This document shows, piece by piece, positions 10,844-22,895 of a DNA stretch of 64,000 bases. The notes beneath the pieces were generated by a model, which searched no databases, had not been told where the DNA came from, and worked only from the letters and a program-made list of their open reading frames with translations. A program made the translations under genes and the position numbers. Source of the stretch: Zancudomyces culisetae HAW-14-8 (taxonomy: Eukaryota; Fungi; Kickxellomycota); contig JBNJNM010000015.1 in assembly GCA_052426225.1 (NCBI GenBank), forward strand, positions 248,001-312,000, read 5' to 3'. Each line of letters begins with the position of its first letter. Within the stretch, counting starts at the first letter, position 1.

Positions 10844-13678
10844 CTATTTTGATGAGCGCTTGTTCGACGTAGTTTTACCCAACCCCTTATATTTGTGTGG
10901 ATCATTTCTACTCATCTTGGCTCTATCTCTAACACCCATACCCCCCTCCCAAAACCTTTGTGGTCCTGAACCATCTGCTCTTTTTTTTACAAATTTCGAC
11001 TTGCAGTTAATGCAGACCCCCAACATCTCAGCTTTGGCCACTGATTGCTCCTTACTACACAATCCACACACCATCAGCTTGGCACGTTGAGATTCGTGGT
11101 CTTCAGCTATATCATGACAAGTGTCACATGGATAAAGCTTACCACAGCATGGGAATCTCAACCATCTATAGCTTCTTACGTAGTGTTTGCAGGTACCCTT
11201 TTTTTGTAAAGGTGTACCAAGTTGCAGTACTGGTCCCGCTGCCTTACGTCTCTGCTTTCTTCTTGCTATTTCCTCCTCCCCGAGTTTCAATTTTCCACCT
11301 TTCTGTTTATTTTTCTTTTTATATGCATTATAGTCTGCTAGTTTTACAAAACTCAAATCGCCAAGCAAGACTGACAACCTCGAATGACACTTTGTACACA
11401 GCGCCTGGTTGTTGATATTTGGCGTCAGTGTTATCGAACACGTTACTGGTCGCAATTCATCATCACTATCACTCTCACTCTCATTCTCATTCTCATTCTC
11501 ATTCTCACTGCCATTGTCCTCTTCATCTCCGTTATCATTCCCATCACTTTTATTCACTTCTGCGTCTCCTTCATCATCTTCCCCTAGACCAGCATTTCCA
11601 TGTTCGTCTGTTGTCAACAAACACTTTTCACAGGTCAAATCATAAGTACTCGGTCGCAAATCCATCGGAACTGCATTCGTCACATCCAAACATCCCAACG
11701 ACTTTGAAGCATTATGTATCCACCCGGCTCTAAACCTAACACCTATTTCACTCTTACACTTACCACATTCTATCCAAACCTGTCTGTCTGGGGTATTAAA
11801 ATATGTTGGTGCAATATCTTTGATTTCCACACCATTCTTACACTTTGCACATCTTACTTCTATCCACAGGTTGCTGCAGGTCACCATAGTTACCTTCCCT
11901 AACTCTGTAGTCCCAAACTTTATTTCAATTCCTCGTCTTTCTGGCCATTCAAAATCATCCCCTCCCGCCGCCATTCCATCTTCCGATTCACTCGCATTAT
12001 CTTCACCGGATTCCTGTGTGTATTCACTTTCTCCCAAACTTTCATCCTCAGCTGTATTTTTATGGGTACTCTTACTCTCTACTCCAGTAAGACTATCTAC
12101 CTCATCCTTGCTTAATTTCTCAAGTTCTTTTACAATTATCTCGAAAAAGTACCTATCTAGCCAGTTCATACTATTAAGCAATGTTCTAGATGGTTGACTC
12201 TTGTATGACTCTAAAAATTTATCCTCAACCGCCCGCAGAACTTTTTCGCGAACTGGGCCTGGTTTCCAAGCAGCCTTTTTACCCTCCTTTCCAACAAATC
12301 TTGTGTTAATAATATGCATTCGTGGTACTACTACTGGTGTATTTCCTAATATTTGCTGCTGACCCTGTGGATATCCTGATGGAATAAACAAGTCTATTTC
12401 CAATTCTCGAATACTTACTGGCACCTCTTGTTCCGTTAGCTCCAAGTTTATTCTCAAAACTGTATCTCTTCCCTCATCTCCCTCCTTAATCGTCTCAAGT
12501 TTACCCTTAAACCTTCTTTCAAGTTGCTCCAGCTGTGTCTTTCTCATAACTTTACGCATTTCCTCTTCACTCAGCCCTTCATTTGCTGTCAACGCCCTAA
12601 TCGTCGGTCTTGCCATGACTACGCGGTTACTATTTACATAGGCTGGCTTTCTGATTGCCACCAGCGCCTGTTCGGCTATTCCCTTCACACCCACTGCGCT
12701 ACTACCCTGCACCATGTCGTCGCCAATTGAACCCTGTGTTTGCTCACCTTCGTTACTATTCTTGTCCTTTTCATCGCCTGCATCCTGCATTTGCCCTTTA
12801 CTCTCACCAGCATTAATGCTTTCCTTTGGTGAAAAACTCTTAAACTTGATTGTGCTTGCTGGTTTAATTGCAAACATGCTTTCCATATTATTACCAAGCC
12901 ATTCAACCATTTCTGCAAGCCTCTTTTCTTCCCCTGGGCTTTTCAGACCTAGCAACATGTTTTTCCGTGCAAAACTATCAAACCCTATCTTGATATTGTG
13001 CTTTACTCCCACCGGAATCTGTTTGTTGGCTACGTGTATCTCTATCGCCCGTTGGTGCTCCTTTGTGGCCGGGTAGTCGACCGGAATCACAAGTGCAAAC
13101 CTCAATGCTTGCAAATCATATGGAAATTCGGGATCAAATGGCCTCAATTCTACAGCTAACGCCGTTTCATCCTTATTTATCTCTAGTGTACGAGCTACCC
13201 AGCGGTTATCCCTCAGGACTTCTTCTATTTCGTACTCTCTTTTTCCTTTTTTGCCTCTTTTTGTGGCATCTGATTTCTTGTACCTTTCTTTTCTCCTGTC
13301 TCTTTCTTCTCTGCCCCTATTGGGCCTCACATCCTCCATTTTCCCACTCTTTTCGCGAACAGCTCTGTCAGACGATTTATCTGCCTCATTCTCTGTTCTA
13401 CTTTTTCTATTTTTTGGATTATTTAATCTAGTTTGCGGCTCCTCTGACCTTGATTTGAACTCATTCCTTGCTGCTTTAGATGTGTCAGTATTTGCAGGTG
13501 AGGTATTGTCACCAGACTGTTCTAAATCATGACTGAATTTGCACTCATTTCCAAACCTGCAGTTCAATCCCCTTTGAAAATATTTGCAAACTCCCTTTTG
13601 TTTGCCCGAATTGGGATTCTGGGTTTCTACAACACTAACATTCTGGTTCTCCATCTCCACCTCTTTGGCTTGGATCAT
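10844..13678 (-). CDS. Conserved uncharacterised protein: CCCH finger, two RWD/UBC-like domains, Zn-ribbon region, C-terminal CHY zinc finger
   Basis: CKYFQRGLNCRFGNECKFSH; PFDPEFPYDL...IPVDYP and LFIPSGYP; several CxxC pairs; GTCKHY...FPCCGKLYPCDTCHD...CGLC; FWEGG..RD..MSR.D.HKY tail. Confidence 0.8.
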   Translation of the reverse strand: MIQAKEVEMENQNVSVVETQNPNSGKQKGVCKYFQRGLNCRFGNECKFSHDLEQSGDNTSPANTDTSKAARNEFKSRSEEPQTRLNNPKNRKSRTENEADKSSDRAVREKSGKMEDVRPNRGREERDRRKERYKKSDATKRGKKGKREYEIEEVLRDNRWVARTLEINKDETALAVELRPFDPEFPYDLQALRFALVIPVDYPATKEHQRAIEIHVANKQIPVGVKHNIKIGFDSFARKNMLLGLKSPGEEKRLAEMVEWLGNNMESMFAIKPASTIKFKSFSPKESINAGESKGQMQDAGDEKDKNSNEGEQTQGSIGDDMVQGSSAVGVKGIAEQALVAIRKPAYVNSNRVVMARPTIRALTANEGLSEEEMRKVMRKTQLEQLERRFKGKLETIKEGDEGRDTVLRINLELTEQEVPVSIRELEIDLFIPSGYPQGQQQILGNTPVVVPRMHIINTRFVGKEGKKAAWKPGPVREKVLRAVEDKFLESYKSQPSRTLLNSMNWLDRYFFEIIVKELEKLSKDEVDSLTGVESKSTHKNTAEDESLGESEYTQESGEDNASESEDGMAAGGDDFEWPERRGIEIKFGTTELGKVTMVTCSNLWIEVRCAKCKNGVEIKDIAPTYFNTPDRQVWIECGKCKSEIGVRFRAGWIHNASKSLGCLDVTNAVPMDLRPSTYDLTCEKCLLTTDEHGNAGLGEDDEGDAEVNKSDGNDNGDEEDNGSENENENENESESDSDDELRPVTCSITLTPNINNQALCTKCHSRLSVLLGDLSFVKLADYNAYKKKNKQKGGKLKLGEEEIARRKQRRKAAGPVLQLGTPLQKKGTCKHYVRSYRWLRFPCCGKLYPCDTCHDIAEDHESQRAKLMVCGLCSKEQSVAKAEMLGVCINCKSKFVKKRADGSGPQRFWEGGMGVRDRAKMSRNDPHKYKGLGKTTSNKRSSK

Positions 13679-15598
13679 TTAGTTGATATTTGTCTTTACT
13701 CCCTTTTTTACGTCTGTGTGGTTTTTCTAATTTATGTGAATAGTCAAGTTGGTTGTTTAAGAGTTTATTTTTTGGTTTCCGATATTTATACTTGAAACTA
13801 TTATGTTATGGTGTAACATGACAAATTATTAACCAATATATTTGCCCCTAGGCAGGCGAGAAGTGGGAGGGGAGGATTAGCTTACCTTATTCAAATAATA
13901 ATTATTGTCTGACTTTATCTTTTTTTTTGTAGGCGAAACCTTATTCTATTTATACAAACTGCTTTAAAGAAATAATGTCGTGTTTATATGAATACAAAAC
14001 TACATGCGTTCTGATATTCACTATTCCTTAGCAGACTAGGTATAAGCTTGTTTTACTTGGTCGTTTACCTTTTCTTCGTACTTCAACTGTAGTTTAACGA
14101 GAGGGATTTCTACTATTGGTTAATCATTCCCATCCATTCCTTCTGTTATTATTTGCTTAATAATTCAGCTGCGGAAAAATCTTGCGCATTATATTACAAA
14201 AACAAATATATTGTCTCTCTTTCCCCCAAAAAAAAGTTTTTTTTTTGATAGTCGCCTTTAATGTTAAAGCATTTAAAATACTGCTAGAATAGCATCTATA
14301 AGTAGATTTCATGACATTTGTAAAGCACTTGGTCGTGTTTGATACGAGTTTTTGGTCAGCTTGTGCCTTTTTAGGATCTCTTTGGTCACAAAAATGACAT
14401 CAGTCATTACCCCCCATTAACCTTTTATGTGAGTACCACAGAAACTTGTGTATGGGAGCAACCATGATAAATGAATACTATACACAAGTATTTAATTCAT
14501 ACATCATTTAAATAAAATACTAGGTAGATATCACCTATCCTTTCTGGTGTATCTACTGTGTTAAAAAGTAAAATATTGTAACATTTAGCAGTATCAGTGA
14601 AAAGGAAGTAAAAAAGTCTAAAAGCTCAATTTCTATAAACTCGGAATAGAACGATTACAACTGCCTTTGGTATCTGGTATGTGCTGTATGTAGTCATCCC
14701 CAACTAGTCACACATCGTACTCTATGGGAATTCTATATATACTCTACCTTGCTAGCCACACAGGATGTCAACAGTTTGTATCAAACACCATTGTTAAATA
14801 TATGAATTTTCTCACTCCCAACTGGAAAGGACTGTGGCCCTCCCCCAAAACCACTGAGGTGAGTTACCGACCATCTTTCTTCGTAAAATTTTGATACTTA
14901 GTACTCTTTCTGTAGCAATTAGTAATGTATCGGCTACACTCAACTTATTGAATACCTTTTGTTTAATTAAGAACTACTCCTCTATATAAGAGTATATCTA
15001 CTTTGAGTTGCTTTGAAATACCACGCATAAAAAGTAAAACTGTACTATAAACACCTGATCAAGATAGATGTACTTTTCTTCATCAACGATCATAGATGTC
15101 CGCCAGATCGAGAAGCATGCCATTTCACAAAAAGGCAGCTAACCAAATAGCTGATGTGTTGATTTAATGGCATATATCTAATTTTTATATTTTGACTAAA
15201 TTATACAACTTGAAACTTGGTCTCTCCAAACTACGCATTCTATTCCCATTAAATGCATAAAGTTATCCTATACGCTAACTTTTTTGTTTGATAGGCTAAT
15301 ACCAATCATGTATTTGGTAAGTGCTATTTGTTATCCTGATCCGCAGCATCGTTTTGGTAACCTCCAGAAAAAAAAAATTAGTGTTTTGAAAGGAATCGTA
15401 AACCAAAAATTTTAGCACAATTTTTCCGATTTAAACACCAATAAAAAATGCGAATGACTCGAAACCAATACAGAATAACTTTGGTCCAGCTATAAAAAGG
15501 AAATATAATCAACAACCAAAAAGTCCTCCATCAACACAAGAACTATCAAATATCATTCAAAAGGAGTCAGAAAACTATCTTTCAAGCGAGCCAACATA

Positions 15599-17006
15599 AT
15601 GAGCGAATCAAAACAAGAAGGGAAATCCAGTGACCATTTGCTAAAACTTGTCAAAGAAAAACAGCGCGAAGCCTTGCTAAAAAAGGCCAAGTCACAGAAT
15701 ACAGCCCTACAGCAGGATCCAACTAATTCACAAAAAAATACAAAAGTTGAAAACACAGGTAATAATGGTGCGGAAAAGGTAGGGGCTGGCGGTCAAGCCG
15801 ATGGGAAAAAGTCTAAAAAAGGCAATTTTGGCTCAAAGCTAAGTTCTGGTTATTACGAGTACAAAATGGACGATTACAAGCAAAATAGAGGTGGTTATCT
15901 TATTCCGAACAAGGTCGAAGACGATGGAGGAGTGAGATTTGTAAAAGAAACGCCTGAAGTCATTTTAAGTGATAGAGCACCACTTGTCGTTGAGGAAGTT
16001 CGTAAGTAAATGCGCAATACTAGATATTTCTGTATCAAGTGCGTCTAAGATTCGAGAATTGGGATTATTATTTACTGAGCATATTTCTTGTATCACTGGT
16101 TTGTATTAATGGAAAGATTAAAATTAAATACGATAATAAATAGCGTTAATGAACGATCCAAGCGAGAATCCAATGTGCTGTGAGTGTGACTCGCTTGATA
16201 TAGATTATACCTTTTTAAAAGTGTACAACGAAAAGGTTTGCAACAGCTGTAAACAGGAATTTCCGGAAAAGTATTCCTTGTTGACAAAGACTGAGGTCAA
16301 ACAAGTAAGAACAGTTATTTATGCTAATGTTAATGTGTCAACAATGGATGTTTTTTTTTTGAGAAAGACATTCACTTTTCAAGAGTAGCTAGAACTAACT
16401 GACAAAGGAGAGGGATGAGGAAGGAAGAGGGGAAACAAAACTCACAAGTTAGACTATATACAGGGTTTATACAGAAACTAACATTTATGTATTTATCTAC
16501 ATGGAATAGGACTATTTGTTAACTGAAGAGGAATTAAGAGATTCTGAAGTTTTTAAAGTGTGGCTAAAACCGAATCCCCACAGCAAAAGTTATAGCAACA
16601 TGATGTTGTATGTGCGAAAACACGTTGAGGACTTTGCTGCGAAAAAATGGGGGAGTTTGGAAAAGCTGGATTTGGAATTTGAGAGGCGAGATATTGCCAA
16701 AAAGCAAAAGAAGAGCGAGCAGTTTAAGAAAAGTGTTCAAGGTATGTATGCTAGTTTACACATATAAAAGTTTTGGTAAAATGGTATTGCATATCGGGGT
16801 TGTGCAAACGTATTTATATGATAATATGGGGAATATTAGAGTTACGAAAACGTACCAGGATTCAAGAGTGGCAGAGTTCTAGAAAAGCACGGTTTAATGA
16901 ATCTGATAAACACGAACACGTTTTTGCATCTCAGGGTGGTGATTCGTCATCAGAAGAACGCAAGTGTACTATTTGCGGATTGAAGATTCAGGTTGAAGAA
17001 TTTTGA
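15599..17006 (+). CDS. RAD14: Nucleotide excision repair protein Rad14/XPA, 4 exons (15599-16001, 16144-16304, 16510-16741, 16840-17006)
   Basis: RGGY; zinc finger CCEC...VCNSC; [17 protein letters not shown]; KPNPH..YSNMMLY; WGSLEKLD; ELRKRTR; CTICG...VEEF; all splice phases consistent. Confidence 0.95.
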
Positions 17007-17517
17007 GTGATATACATAGAGTTGAAGGGTGGGAGAGGGGAAGAACGTGTTTAATCAGTTAAATGTATTATATAAACTGCACTTTACTATAGATGTTTAA
17101 ATGTGAATGTGGGTGTAAAAATAACACATTAAATTAATATTTTATTCTTTGTTTATTGATCAGGTATCAAAAAATTTAATAAATCTGTAACAAGAAAAGA
17201 AAATACATTTGTTAAAAAAGTAGTTTATATATGAGAAAAGGGGCATATCTCACCTCACCTCTTATTTTTTTCTTGGAAAGAAAAGGAAGCATCCAAGAAT
17301 AATCCAATAATAACACCTAAAAGAAAAAGCAATAGCGTATCAATTAAATAAACCTTTTACAGGAATATATTGTATAGTAAATCGTATTCTCCGCTTTAAA
17401 CATAATAAATATCAAAGTAATAAACTCGATAAAGCTTCCTATCAAGCTATACCAATAATGATCGCAATAAAATATGTGTGATATAAAAGAAAATACATCG
17501 CGAAGGATACATTAAAT

Positions 17518-18630
17518 TCATGGAGCGAGGTTTAAGTAGCTAAACACAAATGTACGCATCAAAACTGCAAAGTTGTTGATTACAGCCTGGTCCAGATTCT
17601 GGGCGTTGTCACCCTGTTTATGCCAAACATCAGGGAATGGAGTAGCAATGAGATGCAGAATTTTAACACTCTTCTTTAAAAAAGGTTCGTGGTCATCGCT
17701 AATTCCAGAGACTCCAATAGTGCTTCTGGGGCGCAAATATTTCTGTGACACGAAGCCCTTGGTATACAATCGATTTTCCAATGCTGCAAGTTCGTAAAAC
17801 ACATTTTTTGTTTCAGGAATAAGTGGGAGAAAAGTAGGGTTCGGGGCACCGATCAAATCCAGAAGAACAAACAAGTCTATGAGTTTTATCTCTGAGGTTG
17901 AAAGGCCTGGTAATGCATTTTTGGTGGAGATTTCCAACTCTTTGTCCCATTTTTCCGCAAGATGCCTGGCTCCGTACAGCGAATCGGTGCTAGTCCAATC
18001 CTTAAACGCCTCCTCGCCATCGAAAAAGACCAATTGCAGCGTCGTATCGTCCGGATTCGTAGATAGTTTTGGACCAACACTCTTACACAAGTCGAGTAAA
18101 AGAGCTACGGGGACAGAAGAGTCGGTGGCGCCAATAAAATCAAATTCTTTGAAATACTTGCTGTCATAGTGGGCCGCCATCAACAACCGTTTTTTAGCGG
18201 CTGGGTTTTTTATACCAATAATGTTGCTGAATTCTTTCATCCCGTATGGTGTTTGTTCCGTAAAGTTATCAAATGTCACCATGAACCCGGAATCCCGTAG
18301 CGTGTCTGCGATGAATCTTTGAACTTTCTTGTGACCGTCAGAGCCCACATCGCGCTTAACCAACATGGGACCTAGTATCGAGCCGCTATTTTTATCAAGT
18401 CTATTGAAATCGCGTTTTGCATCCGAGTAGATTTTCTGCAGCTCGTGATCGGTCATTCTTTCGCCCACCGACAAAGAAATCCTGGCATCTCGGGATGTAG
18501 AATTGGCAGTTAAGCCTCTGGCTACAAAGTAGAAAGAAATAAGCAGTGCAACAGCAAAAAAGTACATTATAAACTTTGGGGTGTATCTATTCACTTTACT
18601 TTTTCGTATATCCCGCATTGTATTAGACAT
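17518..18630 (-). CDS. Glutaminyl-peptide cyclotransferase-like protein (peptidase M28) with N-terminal membrane anchor
   Basis: AAHYDSK, FIGATDSSVP, FFDGEEAF..W..TDSLYGARHLA, LLDLIG, ISDDHEPF, FPDVWH. Confidence 0.93.
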   Translation of the reverse strand: MSNTMRDIRKSKVNRYTPKFIMYFFAVALLISFYFVARGLTANSTSRDARISLSVGERMTDHELQKIYSDAKRDFNRLDKNSGSILGPMLVKRDVGSDGHKKVQRFIADTLRDSGFMVTFDNFTEQTPYGMKEFSNIIGIKNPAAKKRLLMAAHYDSKYFKEFDFIGATDSSVPVALLLDLCKSVGPKLSTNPDDTTLQLVFFDGEEAFKDWTSTDSLYGARHLAEKWDKELEISTKNALPGLSTSEIKLIDLFVLLDLIGAPNPTFLPLIPETKNVFYELAALENRLYTKGFVSQKYLRPRSTIGVSGISDDHEPFLKKSVKILHLIATPFPDVWHKQGDNAQNLDQAVINNFAVLMRTFVFSYLNLAP

Positions 18631-19800
18631 TAAGTGTTGGTGGTTTTATGCACTACTGGGTATTCTCAGAAATAGTAGAAAGAAATGAGTGAGTGGAGGA
18701 GGCTGGAGGTTGAGGAGTTGAGGAGTTGGGAAGTTCAGAAGTTGGGAGAGGGTAAGGTAGTAGTTGAAGGTATTTCTTCCTATTGTGTTTTTTTTTTTTC
18801 AAAAACTTGATGGGTTATAGTTGCTTATTCGTTGTGGTGGGTTTTAGTTTTTTCTCGCTAATCTTGTTAAGCCTATAATCATGTATTTGTTTTTTATTTT
18901 TCGAAAACCCAGAGTATGCACCTTTGTGATAAGTTGGGTTAATAAATGAGAATAAGAATGGTGAAAAACGGGAATGGATGAATTGAAATTACCTAAAAGT
19001 CCTTTATTTAGCCGCAGATACTTTACTTTATTTTATTTTTTGTGGAGATGGAGAAATGAAAAAAAAATAAACAGGCTGAAAAAGGGTGGCCAATAATGTT
19101 TTGAATGTGTTTGTAGAAAGAGAAAATAATGCAAAAATTGTGCGGGTTTACAAATATTATTACAGTAAATAAAATAGTGTTATAAAGAGATGGAGTAGGA
19201 ATAGGAATAGGAATAGGAATAGGAGTATGTGTGTCTGTGTGTCTGTGTGTGTTTGAGATGAGCGGATTGGGTTAAATTCAACTATACTTTCACAACTAAT
19301 AAAAGTTGAATCAAATGCAGGAATTTACATCTTTATTCATCAAGGTTTCCTTTTCCCATGCTATAATGCCCGAATATTTGGACCAATTGCTAAACAGATG
19401 AACGAGAAAAAAAAATTCAAGATTGGTTAGAGTCTGAAAAATGGAATGTAAGCCAGGGCAGGGCAGGGCGGAGCGGAGCGGAGGGGGGGAAGTAGGGGAA
19501 AACATAGGTGAATCAATGCATGAAGATAATGGAATGGGTTGTTGAAAAGGAAAAGGACAGATGTTTTGAGAGAAGGAGGAAAGGACTTGATGCACTCAAG
19601 TTTGATGTATGGATAAATAAATGTTTGTAATCCCAATTCGTTTTTTCGTTTTCTTTTTCTTTCCCCTTCTTTGCTTTTAGTGTTGTAATTAAATCAAACT
19701 TGAATAGCACGAAAAGTGCGAGAATTATGCTATTCAAGGCCTAGTGGTATACAAAACAACCCACACACTAAACCAAAAGAGTAGAATAAAATAAAATGAG

Positions 19801-19833
19801 ATTAAATTAAATTAAATTAAATTAAATTAAATT
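19801..19833. repeat. (ATTAA)n pentanucleotide microsatellite
   Basis: About 6.5 tandem copies. Confidence 0.9.
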
Positions 19834-21503
19834 AGAAAAAGAGCCAGTAATTCTGTGACCAACCTGAAAAATTAATATGCAATTTACCCGGAAAATAAAA
19901 AAAACTTGAAATTATTTACAAGAAATACTAGCAATCTGAGAAATAGGACAAGTGAGGATAAAGAGGCAAGAGAAAAAAGGATTATGAGATGGTGGGTTGA
20001 GAAGCTTTTACAAAGGAGAGAATAGGCAAGACACAAATAGTAGGGATAAACCCTTCATACTTTATTTTATTATTATATATGCATATATATATATATATAT
20101 ACATTAATGATGGTAAATAGTGGATGGAGTTATTTGAAGATTTTTGTTCCCGGTTGTTTATATTTAATTTTAGTTGGATACTAGCAAACGGAAAAAGGAT
20201 GGTAAATGGAGATGTTATAATGAATGATTTAGGATTCAATATCTATTCAATATCTATTCAATATTTTGTGTGTTACAAAACCAAGCCTCAACATCTAGAT
20301 TCCCCTTCTTTCTTCTTTCCCCTTTCCCCTTTCCCTTTTTCTTTCCCTTTTTCTTTCCCTTTCCCCCCTCTACCCCCTACCTCCTTGTTCACTTTTTTAC
20401 TCTTTTTTCAAACTAATCAAAAATACTTGATGTTTTATTCAGATGACTAATAAAAACAATTGGAAAAAAAAAAAGAAAAGTCCTCACTACTCGACTTTTT
20501 TTATTTATTTTATTTTTTGCCATGTCATTGTCATTGTTTACAGTGTTAAGAACACGTTCTTTGATGATACCTTGTAGAGTGGTGATGTTACAAATTGTTT
20601 ATGAACTTTAAAGTGTGATATATGTACTTTCAGGTAAAGTAAACAAGAAATGAGAGGAAGAAGGTGAGAGGAAGAAGGTGGGGGGGGAGGGAGAACGAAG
20701 GGGGGAATTGTAAGATGAATTAATGTTACAATGTTATTACATAAAATGTTTACAATAGTAAACAAAAATGTATTAAAGTTTAATATCTTTTTTTTTTGTT
20801 TTTTCGGAATAGAATATGGGGGGTGGGGGATAATTTTGATTTGTTTACAAGACGGAAAAAAAAATGGTTAGTATAATTACTAAAAAAAAAAAATTGGAAT
20901 TAATTCTAAATGTGGCAAAAGCCGCATTTGACAAGAAAATGTAGTATAATTTTGGACTGCCAAAAATAAAATAAAACTAAAATATATTTTTTTCCCAACT
21001 AGTTGGGTAATTTAAGGAAAAAAAACATAAAAAAAAACAAAAGTTGAATGAGTACACGTGTATTTTATAGATTTAATATTACTAATGTAGACGATAATTC
21101 GTTACCAAGAGAATTAATAGTAAAGGAAGGAAGGAAGGAAGAAGGGAAGGAATAAAAGAAAAGAAAAGAAAAGAAAAGAAAAGATAGAAAGAACGGAGGA
21201 AAAGAGATAGAATATGAAATAAAGGAAAAAGTTAAGAATAAAAAGTTTCAAATATACTTTGATATTTATACAAGAAGAGTACCAAAAGTCAACCGAAAAC
21301 AAGAACACTTTACAGTTAAAGTAGTACACTAAATGTTACTAGTAAAAAGACAAACTTTGGGATCAACAATATAGATTTTAGTTTGGATAAGTATAAACAG
21401 ATAGATAACTAAACTAAAACCGAAAAAATATAAATATAAATACAAATACAAAAGGAAAGGAAAAGGAAAAGAAAAAGGAAAAGAAAAAAAATAAATTAAA
21501 AAA

Positions 21504-21692
21504 ATGGCAATGTTTGATATAAATGTATGTATTATAAGTCTGGACGATATTACCTTGCTAACAGGGTCGTATTATGTTAAATGGGAATTACACAAGAGGA
21601 ATATGGGTAGAACACAAGAGTAAGTATTTGGTATAGTAGTGTGTGAATAGGAGAAATAGCAAAGCAAGAGCATGAATAATAATATGTACTTG

Positions 21693-21725
<33 letters not shown>

Positions 21726-22895
21726 ATAGGTCGACAACACAAAATCATTCTGTACAATTCAAACACAATGTTAATAAATCGGTGAAATTAAAGATTGATA
21801 GTAAAACAAAACAGATATCCAACTGTATGCTGAATTTACAAGTTAAAAGGGTTAGGAAAACAACTATATACGAGTATATATCAACTTTGAGAAAAGAAAG
21901 AGAAACGAGAGCAATAAAACTATAATAACTGTGAATAATAAAAAAAATAGATTGGAAGAGATAATAAAAAGACAGTGATAGGGGTGCTATCGGTCAATAT
22001 TAGCGAGTATATAACATTGGGTAATTCGAATCGGCGGTATATGCTGGAGAAATGTAAAATTAACGCGACATTGAAGGTAAAAAAAAAGAAAAGGGAAAAG
22101 AGATATGAGAATACATGGGATAGGGATGCGGGTGTGGTGGGTTGAGTTTTTGATATACTAAGAACGTAACTTGGTATGTTTATAGATACAAATTGATATT
22201 AGACAAACAGGTGGAGCTAGCGAGTATTTTGTACCGAATTTAAACCGAAGGATTATACTGAGTGAAATTGGAGAGTTGGTTAATAATGGAAATAGTACAA
22301 ATAATAATGGGAATGGAAGTTCAGGCAACCTTGAGGATTATAAAGGCGGAGGAGTAGGGGTAGAAGTGGGTAATGGAGGAGGATTAGGGGTTGGTGGAGT
22401 GGGAGTGGGAGTGGGAGTGGGAGTGGGACCAATGATAAAGAAAGATTCTACATCAACATCAGGTAAGAAAAACAGAGGGGGGGGGGGAAAGTGTTTTTTT
22501 TTGAAGTCATGATTAAAAGGAAAGGAATGAATGAATGATTAAATGAATAAATAAATAGACAAAAGCGCATCAACTAGAGAAAATACATCAGAAAGAAATG
22601 GACAACATTCGATGAGGGATTATAGTATGAATAGAAAAATGCAACAGTTTTTTATGGTAAATAAAAAAGCAAAAATATAAAATAATAACAATAAAGGGAA
22701 AGAAAAAAAAAACAAAAAGGTAAATAATACAGAAATAAAACAAAAAAAATAAAAAACATATAATAATAGGAAGATATAGACATCGATAGTTTGTCGCCAA
22801 ACTATGAAAAATACGAAAAAAACAATCAAATCATAGAGGAAATCATCAAGCAGGCAACAGAAACTACTGGGCCAAAATCACAACGGTTCCGTTAG
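21504..22895 (+). CDS. NT-C2 (EEIG1/EHBP1-type C2) domain protein, 287 aa, 6 exons (21504-21619, 21730-21850, 21951-22076, 22186-22462, 22559-22656, 22770-22895)
   Basis: Spliced translation FDINVCIISLDDITLLTGSYYVKW...GRT...GVLSVNISEY...RRYMLEKCKINATLKIQI matches the NT-C2 pattern; all five introns GT-AG with consistent phases; C-terminal QIIEEII motif. Confidence 0.85.

Noticed and set aside
18700-21500. Short F/L/I-rich ORFs in the long spacer
   Set aside because: Products of homopolymers and microsatellites
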